A DNA stretch of 63,244 nt, the filler included, from Hyphochytrium catenoides (lineage: Eukaryota > Protista > Hyphochytriomycota): the NCBI GenBank assembly GCA_900088475.1. It is 11 parts of 11 records of this genome, joined end to end, with 100 filler letters (N's around TTAATTAATTAA, not from the genome) between each part and the next. Parts side by side here need not be neighbours in the genome. Positions count along the whole stretch, not along the records: positions 46,415 to 52,459 come from FLMG01001318.1; positions 52,560 to 57,631 come from FLMG01001610.1; positions 57,732 to 60,827 come from FLMG01003392.1; positions 60,928 to 63,244 come from FLMG01002066.1; 7 more parts are not named here. The stretch is one strand, 5' to 3'. Shown here one piece after another: positions 50,921 through 61,294 of this stretch. Numbering within the stretch: position 1 is the stretch's first letter; the number at the start of each line of letters is the position of its first letter. The notes beneath the pieces were generated by a model. The model was given only the letters and a program-made list of their open reading frames with translations. It was not told the origin of the DNA and did no database searches. The translations under genes and the position numbers were made by a program.

Positions 50921-51826
50921 CACATTGGTCTTTCATAGAGAAGATCGCAGGAAAGGCCCAGTGGCTGAGAAGGTGGACGGGCCGTGCCTCGGCAGGGTTA
51001 GGTGTTGGGGGACAGACCTGTGGAAGGACTGCAGATCTTCCTTGAGAAAGTGCTTCAGTGTTCTTGTCGAGGACAGCACGGGGTGGCGTAGGAGCTGACA
51101 TTCATAAAAAAACCGAATGGATTAAAGAGAGAGAAAGGGAGCGAGAGTCAGAGGAACGAATAGAGAGACAGGAGAGGAGAGAGACCAAAGGGAGAAAGAC
51201 AGGTAAGAGAGAACAGAAAAAGAGAGAGAGATGAGTTCATACTTAGTTTGATTGATCAAAGCGTTCATCAGTTGTCCAAAGGAGAGATAATGTGAACCCT
51301 AAGAGCGAGTAGCCCGAGAAAGAGAAGGACTAGAATTTGCAGAGAGGAAGAGGAACCGTTGGAAGACTAGATAATGAGAGGGTGAAGAAATAAATACCTG
51401 CTGTAACATTCTCAGCAAGCCTGCCTTGCGCCTCTGTAAGAACTCCGCGTCGTGCATGATCTCTGGCTCGACGGTCTTCTCCGGTAGCGGTGGGATAATA
51501 AACCCTGGATAGCTCTCTTTCAACTGGGTAGCAAGGAGATGGGACGAGAGAGTGATAGAGGCAGCGAGAGAGAGACAGCCAGAGAGAAAAAGAGAAAGAG
51601 AAAAGAGGACGACAGGATCAGTGGAGAAGACAGAGCTAGTGGAGAGATATTTGCTGAAAGATGCAGAGGTTTGATTCTGACTGCACACAGAGCATTAGGC
51701 TAGAAGCAAAGGGAAGAAGATATGATGTGCTGAGGCTAGGCTACAGATGACAACTTTCATAGAAAGAGAAAGGCTGGTGAGAAAGACCGCATGACAAAAG
51801 GACCAAGGTCCCAACGACGACAAGTG

Positions 51827-51863
<37 letters not shown>

Positions 51864-52150
51864 TGAGTGGGAGGTTGCGAGAGAGGAAAAGAGACACCGA
51901 GTAAGGAGACGTGAGAGTCACAAGGAAGAGAAAGCGCTAGAAGACAGAGAGGAAGCAAGCCAGATTGAGAGGGGAGACACACAGAGAGGGTCCTCACCTC
52001 CTTGTGCAGCCACTCAAAGTCTGAGAAAGTTCTGCTGACGACATTCACTGTCACAGAGACATTCGAGTCTCTCACGCTGATGGCGTAGGAGTGAGTCACC
52101 TGCACGCCGTCGCCAATCCGGACTGGATCTGCAATCTCCACGTACGTCAT
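48384..52150 (-). CDS. PX-BAR sorting nexin, multi-exon
   Basis: PX: VEIADPVRIGDG..HSYAISV..VSRTFSDFEWLHKE|LKESYPGFIIPPLPEK..EFLQRRKAGLLRMLQQ|LLRHPVLSSTRTLKHFL. Helical BAR-like exons YIDSLYQYLKELNSRAQTL.. and VHRIVMEEYRRWLAEKDVELADIANAFIHLQ. S/P-rich last exon. Confidence 0.85.
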
Positions 52151-52559
52151 TCTCTCTCTCTTTCTCTCTCTCTTGTCTCTCGCCGTTACTTATACTCTAT
52201 CTGACGGTTGACTGTTCCTCAGCTTCTTCTCCCTTCCCTTCCGTCTCTAGCGTGAACGGTCTTCAAAAATGTTTCCGTGGGCTGCACCTCACGGCTCTTG
52301 CCCCCTTGACGGCGCGTTGAAAAGAGACTGAGAGAGAGACAGCAACTGCTGGCCTCGGAGCTGTACAGAGGCTGGAGAGACAGTGCTGAGATCCGTTAGA
52401 ATGAGGAGAGAAGGAGAAGATACAAGCTTTGAGGGCTCGTGATTCGTGATGATGAGTGANNNNNNNNNNNNNNNNNNNNNNNNNNNNNNNNNNNNNNNNN
52501 NNNTTAATTAATTAANNNNNNNNNNNNNNNNNNNNNNNNNNNNNNNNNNNNNNNNNNNN

Positions 52560-52590
<31 letters not shown>

Positions 52591-52790
52591 CTACTTCACG
52601 CAAGTGCTTTCCTGTTGTTTTTATTCTTAGTATCTGCATAATACGATAATGTATGGTTTAGGACTGAAGATATTTATCAAATAAGGCCTAACTGGGTTTA
52701 CATCAAACTATATGAACACTAAGTAATGGCTGTGATGTATTATAAAGCGAATAAGACAGGTTGAAACGAAAGGACATCCTTTTTGAGCTC

Positions 52791-52840
<50 letters not shown>

Positions 52841-53136
52841 GTGCTCTTTCCCTCTCTCTCTCTCTCTGTGTTTCTCTCTGTCTCTGTCTCCCTCTCTCCC
52901 CTTGTCTTTTATTCTCTCTCCCTCCTTTCGGATCTGCCGTTGTTTCTTTGTCTGACGTTTGGATTGTCACTCTCTGACTTGTTCTCTCTCCTCTATCGGG
53001 CCGCTGTTCCTTTCTTATCTCTCTCTCTGTCTCTCTCTGTCTGTCTCTCTCTCTCTTTCCCTCTCCTCTCTCNNNNNNNNNNNNNNNNNNNNNNNNNNNN
53101 NNNNNNNNNNNNNNNNNNNNNNNNNNNNNNNNNNTC

Positions 53137-53173
<37 letters not shown>

Positions 53174-53311
53174 TGCTCTGAGTTCAAAGAGAAAACAGTA
53201 TTGAAATTGAAAGCCTCTGTCTCCTACTACCAGCACCTTGAGCAGCACAGCCCTTACGCTACCGTTTTCTCTCTCGCTCCTTTCCCCATCCGTTCCTCTC
53301 TGCCTCTCTCT

Positions 53312-53354
<43 letters not shown>

Positions 53355-53631
53355 ATTTTTCTTCTCTCTCTCTCTCTCTGTCTCTCTCTCTCTCTCTTCG
53401 TCTTTCCGCTGCTTGCTTTTTGTCTCCCTTTTCCACGAGGGGGGGAAACTTTGCTGGCCCATCAACAGGGAGAGAAAAGAAGAGACAAAGAAAGGCCAAG
53501 GAACAGCATCAAAAAAGTTCTCAAGACTCTTTCTCTCCCTCTCTCTTCTCTCTCTCTCTGGCTTCTCTCTCTCTCGCCGCAACAGTTGAAAAGAGGAGAG
53601 AAAGAGAGGAAAGCGGCACAAGGATAGAAGG

Positions 53632-53830
53632 ATGGAGAGAGAAGAAGGAGATAAAAGGAGGGAGAGAAGAGATACACCCCGAGAAGGAGAAGAAGAGAAG
53701 AGAAAGAGAGAGAACAACAGGGAAGAGAGAAAGAGAGAAGCACCAGTTCCCATTCTCAAGAGAGTCAAATCTTCAGCAAGCGCACCGCCAACAGAGGGCA
53801 AAACTGCCATAGAGCTTCAGGTAAGCACAT

Positions 53831-53865
<35 letters not shown>

Positions 53866-54348
53866 TCTCCCTCTCTCTCTTACTCTGTCTCTCTCTCTTC
53901 TTTCTCTCTTTCTCTTCTATCGCCCTCTTCTTATCTTTGCTCATTCCCCCATTTCTTCTCTCTCCCCTCCTCCAATCTCCATCGCGCTCTCTGGTTGCTC
54001 TTTCCCTCTTCTCTCGCCTTCTCTCTCTCTTCTTTCTTCTGCCATATCTCTCTCCTACCTTCGTTCTCTCTCTCTCTCAATATCTCTTTTCTCTCTTTCT
54101 CTCTCTCTCTCTCACACACACTCTCTCTCTCTCTCTCTCTCTCTCAGGAGCTATTGGAACAGTGCCAAGAAGACCGTCGCCAGCTTTATAAACAGTCCGA
54201 GGCGTTGGTAGCTGAGCTGACCCAAGAGAGAGAGATCAACGCCTCTCTTCTCTCTTCCATCCACTCTTCCTTCAAACAAGGAGCACTCTTAGGCTTAGCA
54301 GCAGGCATCCTAATCGGACTCACTCTCTCCAAGGCATGGAGGAGATAA
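53632..54348 (+). CDS. Small coiled-coil tail-anchored protein; exons 53632-53820 and 54148-54348
   Basis: ..APVPILKRVKSSASAPPTEGKTAIELQ|ELLEQCQEDRRQLYKQSEALVAELTQEREIN..GALLGLAAGILIGLTLSKAWRR*, joined across a phase-0 GT-AG CT-rich intron. The start codon is uncertain. Confidence 0.65.
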
Positions 54349-54374
54349 GGGAAGGGAGAGAGAGAGAGAGAGAA

Positions 54375-54416
<42 letters not shown>

Positions 54417-54563
54417 TCAAAGAGAGAGAGAAAGAAGGAGAAACATAATCCTTCTAGTTTATAGGGGAAAGTTTTCAGAGCATCAGTGAATAAAGTGCTT
54501 CTTCTTTTTCTCTCTCTCTCTCTCTTTGTTCCTTTCTCTCTCCCTTTCTCTCTCTCTTCCCTC

Positions 54564-54693
54564 TCAATAAAGCTGTGTCTCTCCATGCTTCAGCGCTGTA
54601 AAGTCTGCTGGGTCTAGTCCTCGTCTCTCCATCGCCTCCCTCAGACGCTGAGGAGGCTCATCCACAGGCTCGTCCGTGAGGATAAATGTTCCT

Positions 54694-54734
<41 letters not shown>

Positions 54735-57470
54735 TGTACAGTGAGGGACACCTTTATAGACAGAAAAAAGAGAAGAGAGAAGCAGAGAGAAGCAAAGGAA
54801 GAGAGCGAGCTTGCTAGTGTCTCCCTTGTTTTTATCAAAGTCTCCTTTCCCTCTTTCTCTCTCTGCATGTTGATTCTTCTCTTTCCTTACATTGTCTCCC
54901 TCCTCGCTCTTTCTCTGTCTCTCTCTCTACTGTCTCTCTCTGTCTGTCCTTAGCTTCGCTCCCTGTCTCGTTCTTTCATTTGTCTCCATCTCTCTCATTC
55001 TATCGTCTTCGAATCTCATGTTGACTCTCTCACTCTCTCTTTCTCTCTCTCTCTCTTCTCTTCTCTTTTCATGTCTACTCTCTCGTTCTTTCGCTAGTCT
55101 CCATCGTTTTTCTCATTCTATCGTCTTCCAATCTCTTGTTAACTCTCTCTCTCTTTTACTCTCTCTCTTACTCTCTCTCTCTCTCTCTCTCTCTGCTTTC
55201 TTCTCTTCTCTCTTTCTTCCGTACCCCAGTGTATTCCGATAGATTTCTTGCTTCTGATGTCTGAGTGAAGCTCCACAGCGTCATAAGGATCNNNNNNNNN
55301 NNNNNNNNNNNNNNNNNNNNNNNNNNNNNNNNNNNNNNNNNNNNNNNNNNNNNNNNNNNNNCTAAGGCAAAATCCGAGAGATATAGTTTCTCTCTCTCTC
55401 TGTCTCTCTTGTCTCTCTCTTTCTGCCTCGGTCTTTCTCTGTCTCTCTCTCTCTCTTGTTTTTCTTTTCTCTCTATTATTCTCTCTCTCTCTCTCTCTCT
55501 CTCTCTTACCAATGGGCAGTGCGCTAACATCAAAAGGTCCGAGCACTCTTCCAATTTCTTTAAAGGCAGGACAGTGCGGTAGCTCCTGAGGAGAGAGAGT
55601 TGAGTCAATGTTCGTCTTTCTTTCTTCTCTCTCTCTCTCTCTCTCCAGTCTCTTACCTCTCTTTTCTTTAGCATTTCCTCACTCCAAGGATCAGCTTCCA
55701 TCTCTCTCGGGACCACTCGATACCTTTGGGACAATGACGTCTAAGTGAGAGAGAGAGAGAGAGAAAGACGAGACAAGAAGAGAGAGAATGAAAGAGAGAC
55801 AGGGGAAGAGAGAGACGGAAGAAAAGAGAGAACCAACCCTGTGTCTCCTCCAAAAAAGAATCTCTTCTCTCTCCCTATGAGCGCCCAGGAGGCCCAGAGA
55901 GTGCGATTTCTATCGTGGACAAAGCGGTTGGAGAAGTGCTGGGAAGGCGTGCAAACAAAGACAATCTCTCTCTCTTCCGTTTCTTCTTCTCTCTCTCTCT
56001 CTCCCTCTCTCTCTCTCTTTCTCATAGGAACACCCTGCCACCAGTCCAGCTCAATGACTCTCTCTCTCTCAAAGTCTCTCTCAAAGAAAGAGGCGAGACC
56101 GAGAGGGACGAAGAAGAGACAATGGGGAAAGAGAGAAGAGAGAGAGAGAAGAGAAGAATAATCCACATGATCGTAGTGATTGTGACTNNNNNNNNNNNNN
56201 NNNNNNNNNNNNNNNNNNNNNNNNNNNNNNNNNNNNNNNNNNNNNNNNNNNNNNNNNNNNNNNNNNNNNNGAGAAGGGAGACGAGAGGGAGGGAGAGAGA
56301 GAAAAGAGAGAACAGGGGAGAGCGCGAAGGTTAGGTAAGGGCTACGTAAGAGTTAGAATGTATTTCTCTTTCTCTCCTCTTCCTTGTTGCCTTGAAGGAC
56401 ACTGATGCCGCTTCCCCAAGGACTATTCTCTCTCTCTCTCTCCTCTCTCTCTCTCTTCTTCCTCTCATCGTCTCTCTCTACCTCTCTTTATCATCAAAAA
56501 AGGGCTACCGCACTTAGCTCTCTGTCTCTCTTCTCTCTTGTTTTTATCGTTTCTCCCTTACTCTCTTCTCTTTCTTTCTTTCTCTCTTTCTCTCTCTTTG
56601 TCTCTCTCTCTCTTTTCTCTTCTCCTTCTCTCTCTTTTCTCTCTCTCTCTCTCTTCTCTCTCTCTTCTCTCTCTCTCTCTCTCTCTCGCTCTTACCTTGA
56701 GGGCGGGCCTGACGTATCTCTTGGGTCCTGCCCACTGGACAGGGGAACATCTCTCACTAAAGACAGGATCCGTGAGAATAGTCCATCCTTCCATCTGGAC
56801 CAACACTGTCGCGTGACCCAGCCAGGTCAACTGGAGAGAGAGAGAGAGAGAGAGAGANNNNNNNNNNNNNNNNNNNNNNNNNNNNNNNNNNNNNNNNNNN
56901 NNNNNNNNNNNNNNNNNNNNNNNNNNNGAGAGAGAGAGAGAAGAGAGAAAAGAGAGAAGGAGAAGAGAGGAGAAGGGAAAAGAGAGAGAGAGAGAGAAAG
57001 AGAAAGAGAAGAGAGAGAAGGAGAAGAGAAGAGAAAAGAGAGAGAGAGAGAAGAGAGACGAGGGGCAAGACAGAGAGGGAGAGAATAAGGAAGAGAGAGA
57101 CAGGTATATACATATATATGTAGAGAGGGAGAGACGAAGAGCAAGCGAGAAAAATGTTGTGAGAGGACGAAGAAGGGGCCGAGGAAGAGAGAGAGAGAAA
57201 AGAAAAAGGAAAGGGAAGGGAAGTGGCGGAAGAAGAGAGAAAGAGCGAACGGAGACAAGGAGACAAGGAGAAAGATGTCAACATGAGAAGCAATCAACCA
57301 TGACGACTCTTTCTTTCTTCCTCTCTCTCTCTCTCTCTCTCNNNNNNNNNNNNNNNNNNNNNNNNNNNNNNNNNNNNNNNNNNNNNNNNNNNNNNNNNNN
57401 NNNNNNNNNNNCTTTATCCCTCTCTCTCTCTATCTGTACTCTCTCTCTCTCTCTCTGTCTCTCTCCCTCC

Positions 57471-57508
<38 letters not shown>

Positions 57509-57631
57509 CCTCTCTCTCTTACCTGCACTTTGTCCTTGAGGGGAGACGTCAATGTCTCTCTCTCTGGAGAGAGAACCTCCAACGGCTTGGGCTGGGCGCG
57601 TTTCCACTGAAGATCCTTTGACATTTTCAGT
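54564..57631 (-). CDS. NAPEPLD: N-acyl-phosphatidylethanolamine phospholipase D-like protein (MBL fold); 5'-truncated, with gaps
   Basis: LTWLGHATVLVQMEGWTILTDPVFSERCSPVQWAGPKRY; SHNHYDH; ELDWW; TPSQHFSNR..NRTLWASW..FFGGDTG; CPAFKEIGRVLGPFDVSALPIG; SIGIHWG|TFILTDEPVDEPP..LKHGET. Confidence 0.93.
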
Positions 57632-57809
57632 NNNNNNNNNNNNNNNNNNNNNNNNNNNNNNNNNNNNNNNNNNNNTTAATTAATTAANNNNNNNNNNNNN
57701 NNNNNNNNNNNNNNNNNNNNNNNNNNNNNNNGAGTCATCTGGACTGGGCTGACAAAGGGCCTTCCAAGGACAGAAAGAACCACCATAAATAAACGTTGCG
57801 GCGGGTGTT

Positions 57810-59875
57810 ATGCCAGGATCAAAAAGCAGCAAAGAGAGTTCTCATCGAGGCTCTCAGCAGAGTGGTGGAGGACCACACAGCCAGTTTTTCCTCGTGGGAG
57901 GATGCTCTAAGAACGACAAGAGGCAGCTTCTTGTCATGACAATGGTCCTTGCTGGGATCTTCCTCTTGAAGCTGTCGCATGGTAGATTGACCATGATGGT
58001 AAGAGCAAGGCGCAGCCATCTTAGACCTGATTGACTCACGATCGTCCGTGTTGCTTCACGTTCCCCGTCATCATCAGGCTGCAGAAGAAGAGAATGGAGC
58101 CTGGGACCGTAGTATGATGGGCACGCTACCTATCGCCCCGTCTATAATGGTAGACGACGATGGAGGCGGTGGAGCCAGGCCTTCATACACTTTTGCATGT
58201 GACAAGGTAGCTCTCGATGACGAGGCAGTGATCGCGCCTTATTATCTACTTCCTTCTGACAGCAACATCGAAGAGGAAGATGAGCAGCTCATTAGTGCCA
58301 AAGCAGAAGAGATGAGTGGCTGGCGCCTAACCCTAACCCTAACCCTAACCCTTCACAAATAAAGCACTAGCTCATGCTTTGTTGGATGACCGGAAGATGA
58401 AGACAGAGTTCCAGACCACGGCTATCCTCCTTCACTGGAAGAGAACGAAGAATGTCTTTGCCATTGTCGACTATCTCTTGGACTATTCAGTGCTCACAGA
58501 GATCATCGTTTGGAACAATAACCCTAATATCACGCTGACCCACGCACAGTTCCGCGTGGTGTCAGGGTCGAAGGCTTCTTCCGCAAGCAACATCATCATT
58601 GTCAACTCTCGCTATAACTTTGGGACGCGAGCGCGGTACCTGGCAGCGTCATTGGCTTCCAACCCTTCCATATACATGCAGGACGATGACTGGGATGCTC
58701 GAGGTTATTTCTGGGGACTCTTTCGAGCTTATTCTTTAGCGCCGACGCGCATCCACGTTGCGACTGACGCGCCCACCGCTGCTCATAACTACGACTGGTT
58801 CTACTGGAATGAGGAGTTGAATCTGCATACGGGCTTTGCCTGGGTAGGGTGCGGCTGCTATCTGAGGAAGTCACTTCTTCAGAAGTTCCGTAAGATCACT
58901 ATGAAGTATCACAGCGGCCCCAACATTGAGCTCCACATGGATGCCATGCTGACGCTCATGCTTAACCAGTTTCCAGTCCTTTATACCGTGCGTCTTCAAG
59001 AGATGGGCGGAGAGGAAGAGGCCAAAGTAGCGATATTCAACTTACACGCTAACATCCTGTCGGAGATTACCGCTGTCAAGACCTTTGCAAGAGGCACTGT
59101 CTTCAAGCAACTCACGCAGCGGCATCAGGAGAGGGCAACCGGACAATCTTCTCTTGCTAGTGCGCAAGAGGCAGTTGCCACCACCTCTACCTCTTCTTCT
59201 CTAGCAGATCTAACGCTTGCGTCCATCCTTGCAGAGCCTTCGGCCCATAAGAGCTCTCCACAGCGATGGTGGACGATGTGCCCCGATGGCGGCTGTCTCT
59301 TTGGGACAAACATCAAGCTGCTTGACGTCCTGTCGTCTCACCATTCTCATCAGAGACAACGGTTGATGCATTTTCCCTTTCATTGTGCAGTTGACAGCAC
59401 TGATTGCTGCTGGAAGTCATCGTCGCCGCGGCACCTTCGACTGCAGGACTACATCGAGTACGATTTCCTGTCTATCGGGAAGTTGTACAGTCTGAAGATT
59501 AGGCATCGTCTCCCAACCAACTGGATGTCTCAAGTGGCAGTGTCCGTTTCCTTAGATGGCAACGTGTGGCAGTACCTTGCTCCTACGAGGTACTGGTGGA
59601 CAGATCCTGCCTTGCCTTTAGGCAGGCGCGATGACGTGGGCGCCGCAGCAACAATCAGAGCAACCAGAGTGCTGTTCCTCCGTCAAAGCAGTCGTCAAAG
59701 GTTCTCCGCATGGCCGGAAGAAACCAATAGCACTGACAACTTTGTCATGACACGGTTCCTAAGACTGACCTTCACAAAGAGCTCATGGAGCAGCAGGACA
59801 ACGGAGGGAAAGGACAGCGGCGAGCTGGAGATCTGTGGGCTCCAGAAGACGTTCATATCTCTTGCACCTCTCTGA
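57810..59875 (+). CDS. Type II membrane glycosyltransferase (GT-A fold, GT64/EXTL-like) with a C-terminal beta-sandwich-like domain; probable exons 57810-57998, 58078-~58315 and ~58371-59875
   Basis: TM LLVMTMVLAGIFLLKL and an acidic stem, then TAILLHWKR..EIIVWNNNP..IVNSRYN..ARYLAASLAS..IYMQDDDW (DxD-like)..LHTGFAWVGCG. C-terminal AVD..CW..DYIEYDF..VSVSLDGNVW..RFLRLTF is a discoidin-like pattern. Confidence 0.72.
58326..58351 (+). repeat. Interstitial telomeric-type repeat (CCCTAA)~4
   Basis: Sequence reads cctaaccctaaccctaaccctaaccc. Confidence 0.9.
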
Positions 59876-60927
59876 TGGATGAAGCGGGAGGACGAGGAGG
59901 CAGCTATTACTCTGTCCTGCGATCAGCGCTAGCTGCCAAGGTTCAACGTTGACAACCTGTTGAGAAGATCTTTGAAGCAGCAGCAGCTGGCCACCCGCAG
60001 CAGCAGCAGCCAGACCTATCCTTAGTTTCTACCATGCTACTATGACCATCCTTCAGGTGCTTATTTCTTCTTCGCATCCATCTCCTCTCAGTAGCAAAGT
60101 TGTTCAACGTGATAAGGCTTTTAAGGAAGTAAGTGATGATGGCAGACTGCATAATAGATTGACCCATCACTGTCATTGACCCTAGAGCTTATGACGAGAA
60201 CCTCCTTGACGTTGCCCTGGCGGCTGACAGGAAATAATAATGAGAACTCTGCTGATCTTCATTACTGCCGGTAGATGGGTCCGTCTGTCCTCTGCTGGAA
60301 GGGTAGAGAAGGAGGAGAATGATTGGACGCTCTGCCTCTCATCACTTTCCTCTTATATGTTTCTTCTCTTCTTTCTCCCATGCAAAAGGAGCTAGTACTT
60401 CCCCCGTCAACCCCAGGACCAATGGCTCTTCTCACGTAGGACTCGAAGGTAGTCTCTCTTTCTTCAAACTGCGGAAGCAGGCGAAGTAGTGCTGTTGGTT
60501 GGCAGAGATTGCGTTACCGCCCGTAGCCGGCTCTGGGAAGTCCAAAGGACTTCTTGGTCTTCTCTATGGTCCCTGCTCGTGGGTAAGAGGAAACAGGCAA
60601 TGTTCTTCGACAGGAGCTCAAAGAGAAGAAGTAGGTGGTCCATAGACCCCATCGTCAGTCAGAGAAGAAGAATCCTGCTACTGCTGCTGCTGACGATATG
60701 CCGGGTAGGAAGTGACTATGAGGCTTCTGCTTCTTTGTCAGAACTATGCTGCAGCTACTACTCTCTGCTTCATTCCCTGATGCCTGCTGCCTGGTGGCTC
60801 CTGCTGCCAGAGTGAGGGACAAGAAGANNNNNNNNNNNNNNNNNNNNNNNNNNNNNNNNNNNNNNNNNNNNTTAATTAATTAANNNNNNNNNNNNNNNNN
60901 NNNNNNNNNNNNNNNNNNNNNNNNNNN

Positions 60928-61294
60928 AGCCACTCAAAAGCATCTCTGCGACATGAGCTCGTCGACGTCCTGTTATATCTTTGTGCTGCCCAGAGACAAG
61001 TCTCAACGACGGCAGTACCTCGAAGTTATGGCTGACCTTGCGCGGAGCTACCAGCATGACAACATCCTCATCTCTTACATTGACGTGCATAAGCAAAATC
61101 AGGCACTGAAAGCTCTTCCTCAACGCGTGACAGCCCCAGGGCTGCTCATAATCAAAGCAAAGAAAGGCAGAGTTCGTGTAGCTGTCCACGATGCAAACTT
61201 CGACGGTCAAGCACTGAAGCAGACAATTGACCGAGCCCTTGGCGGAGATCTGCCCATGCAGCATATGCGTGGAAGCACCATCTCCTTTAGATAA
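60928..61294 (+). CDS. 3' end of a protein with a non-catalytic thioredoxin-like domain (PDIA6/ERdj-type C-terminus)
   Basis: LCD..SCYIFVLP..YLEVMADLARSY..ILISYIDVHKQ..PGLLIIKAKKGR..FDGQALKQTIDRALGGDLP follows the beta/alpha pattern of PDI b-type domains; no CxxC. Confidence 0.55.

Noticed and set aside
272-57624. Hundreds of ORFs rich in SLSL or RERE
   Set aside because: They are translations of (CT)n/(GA)n, which lack stop codons; real coding is limited to the embedded exons.
59880-60827. Short ORFs downstream of the glycosyltransferase
   Set aside because: No motif, and frequent stops on both strands.
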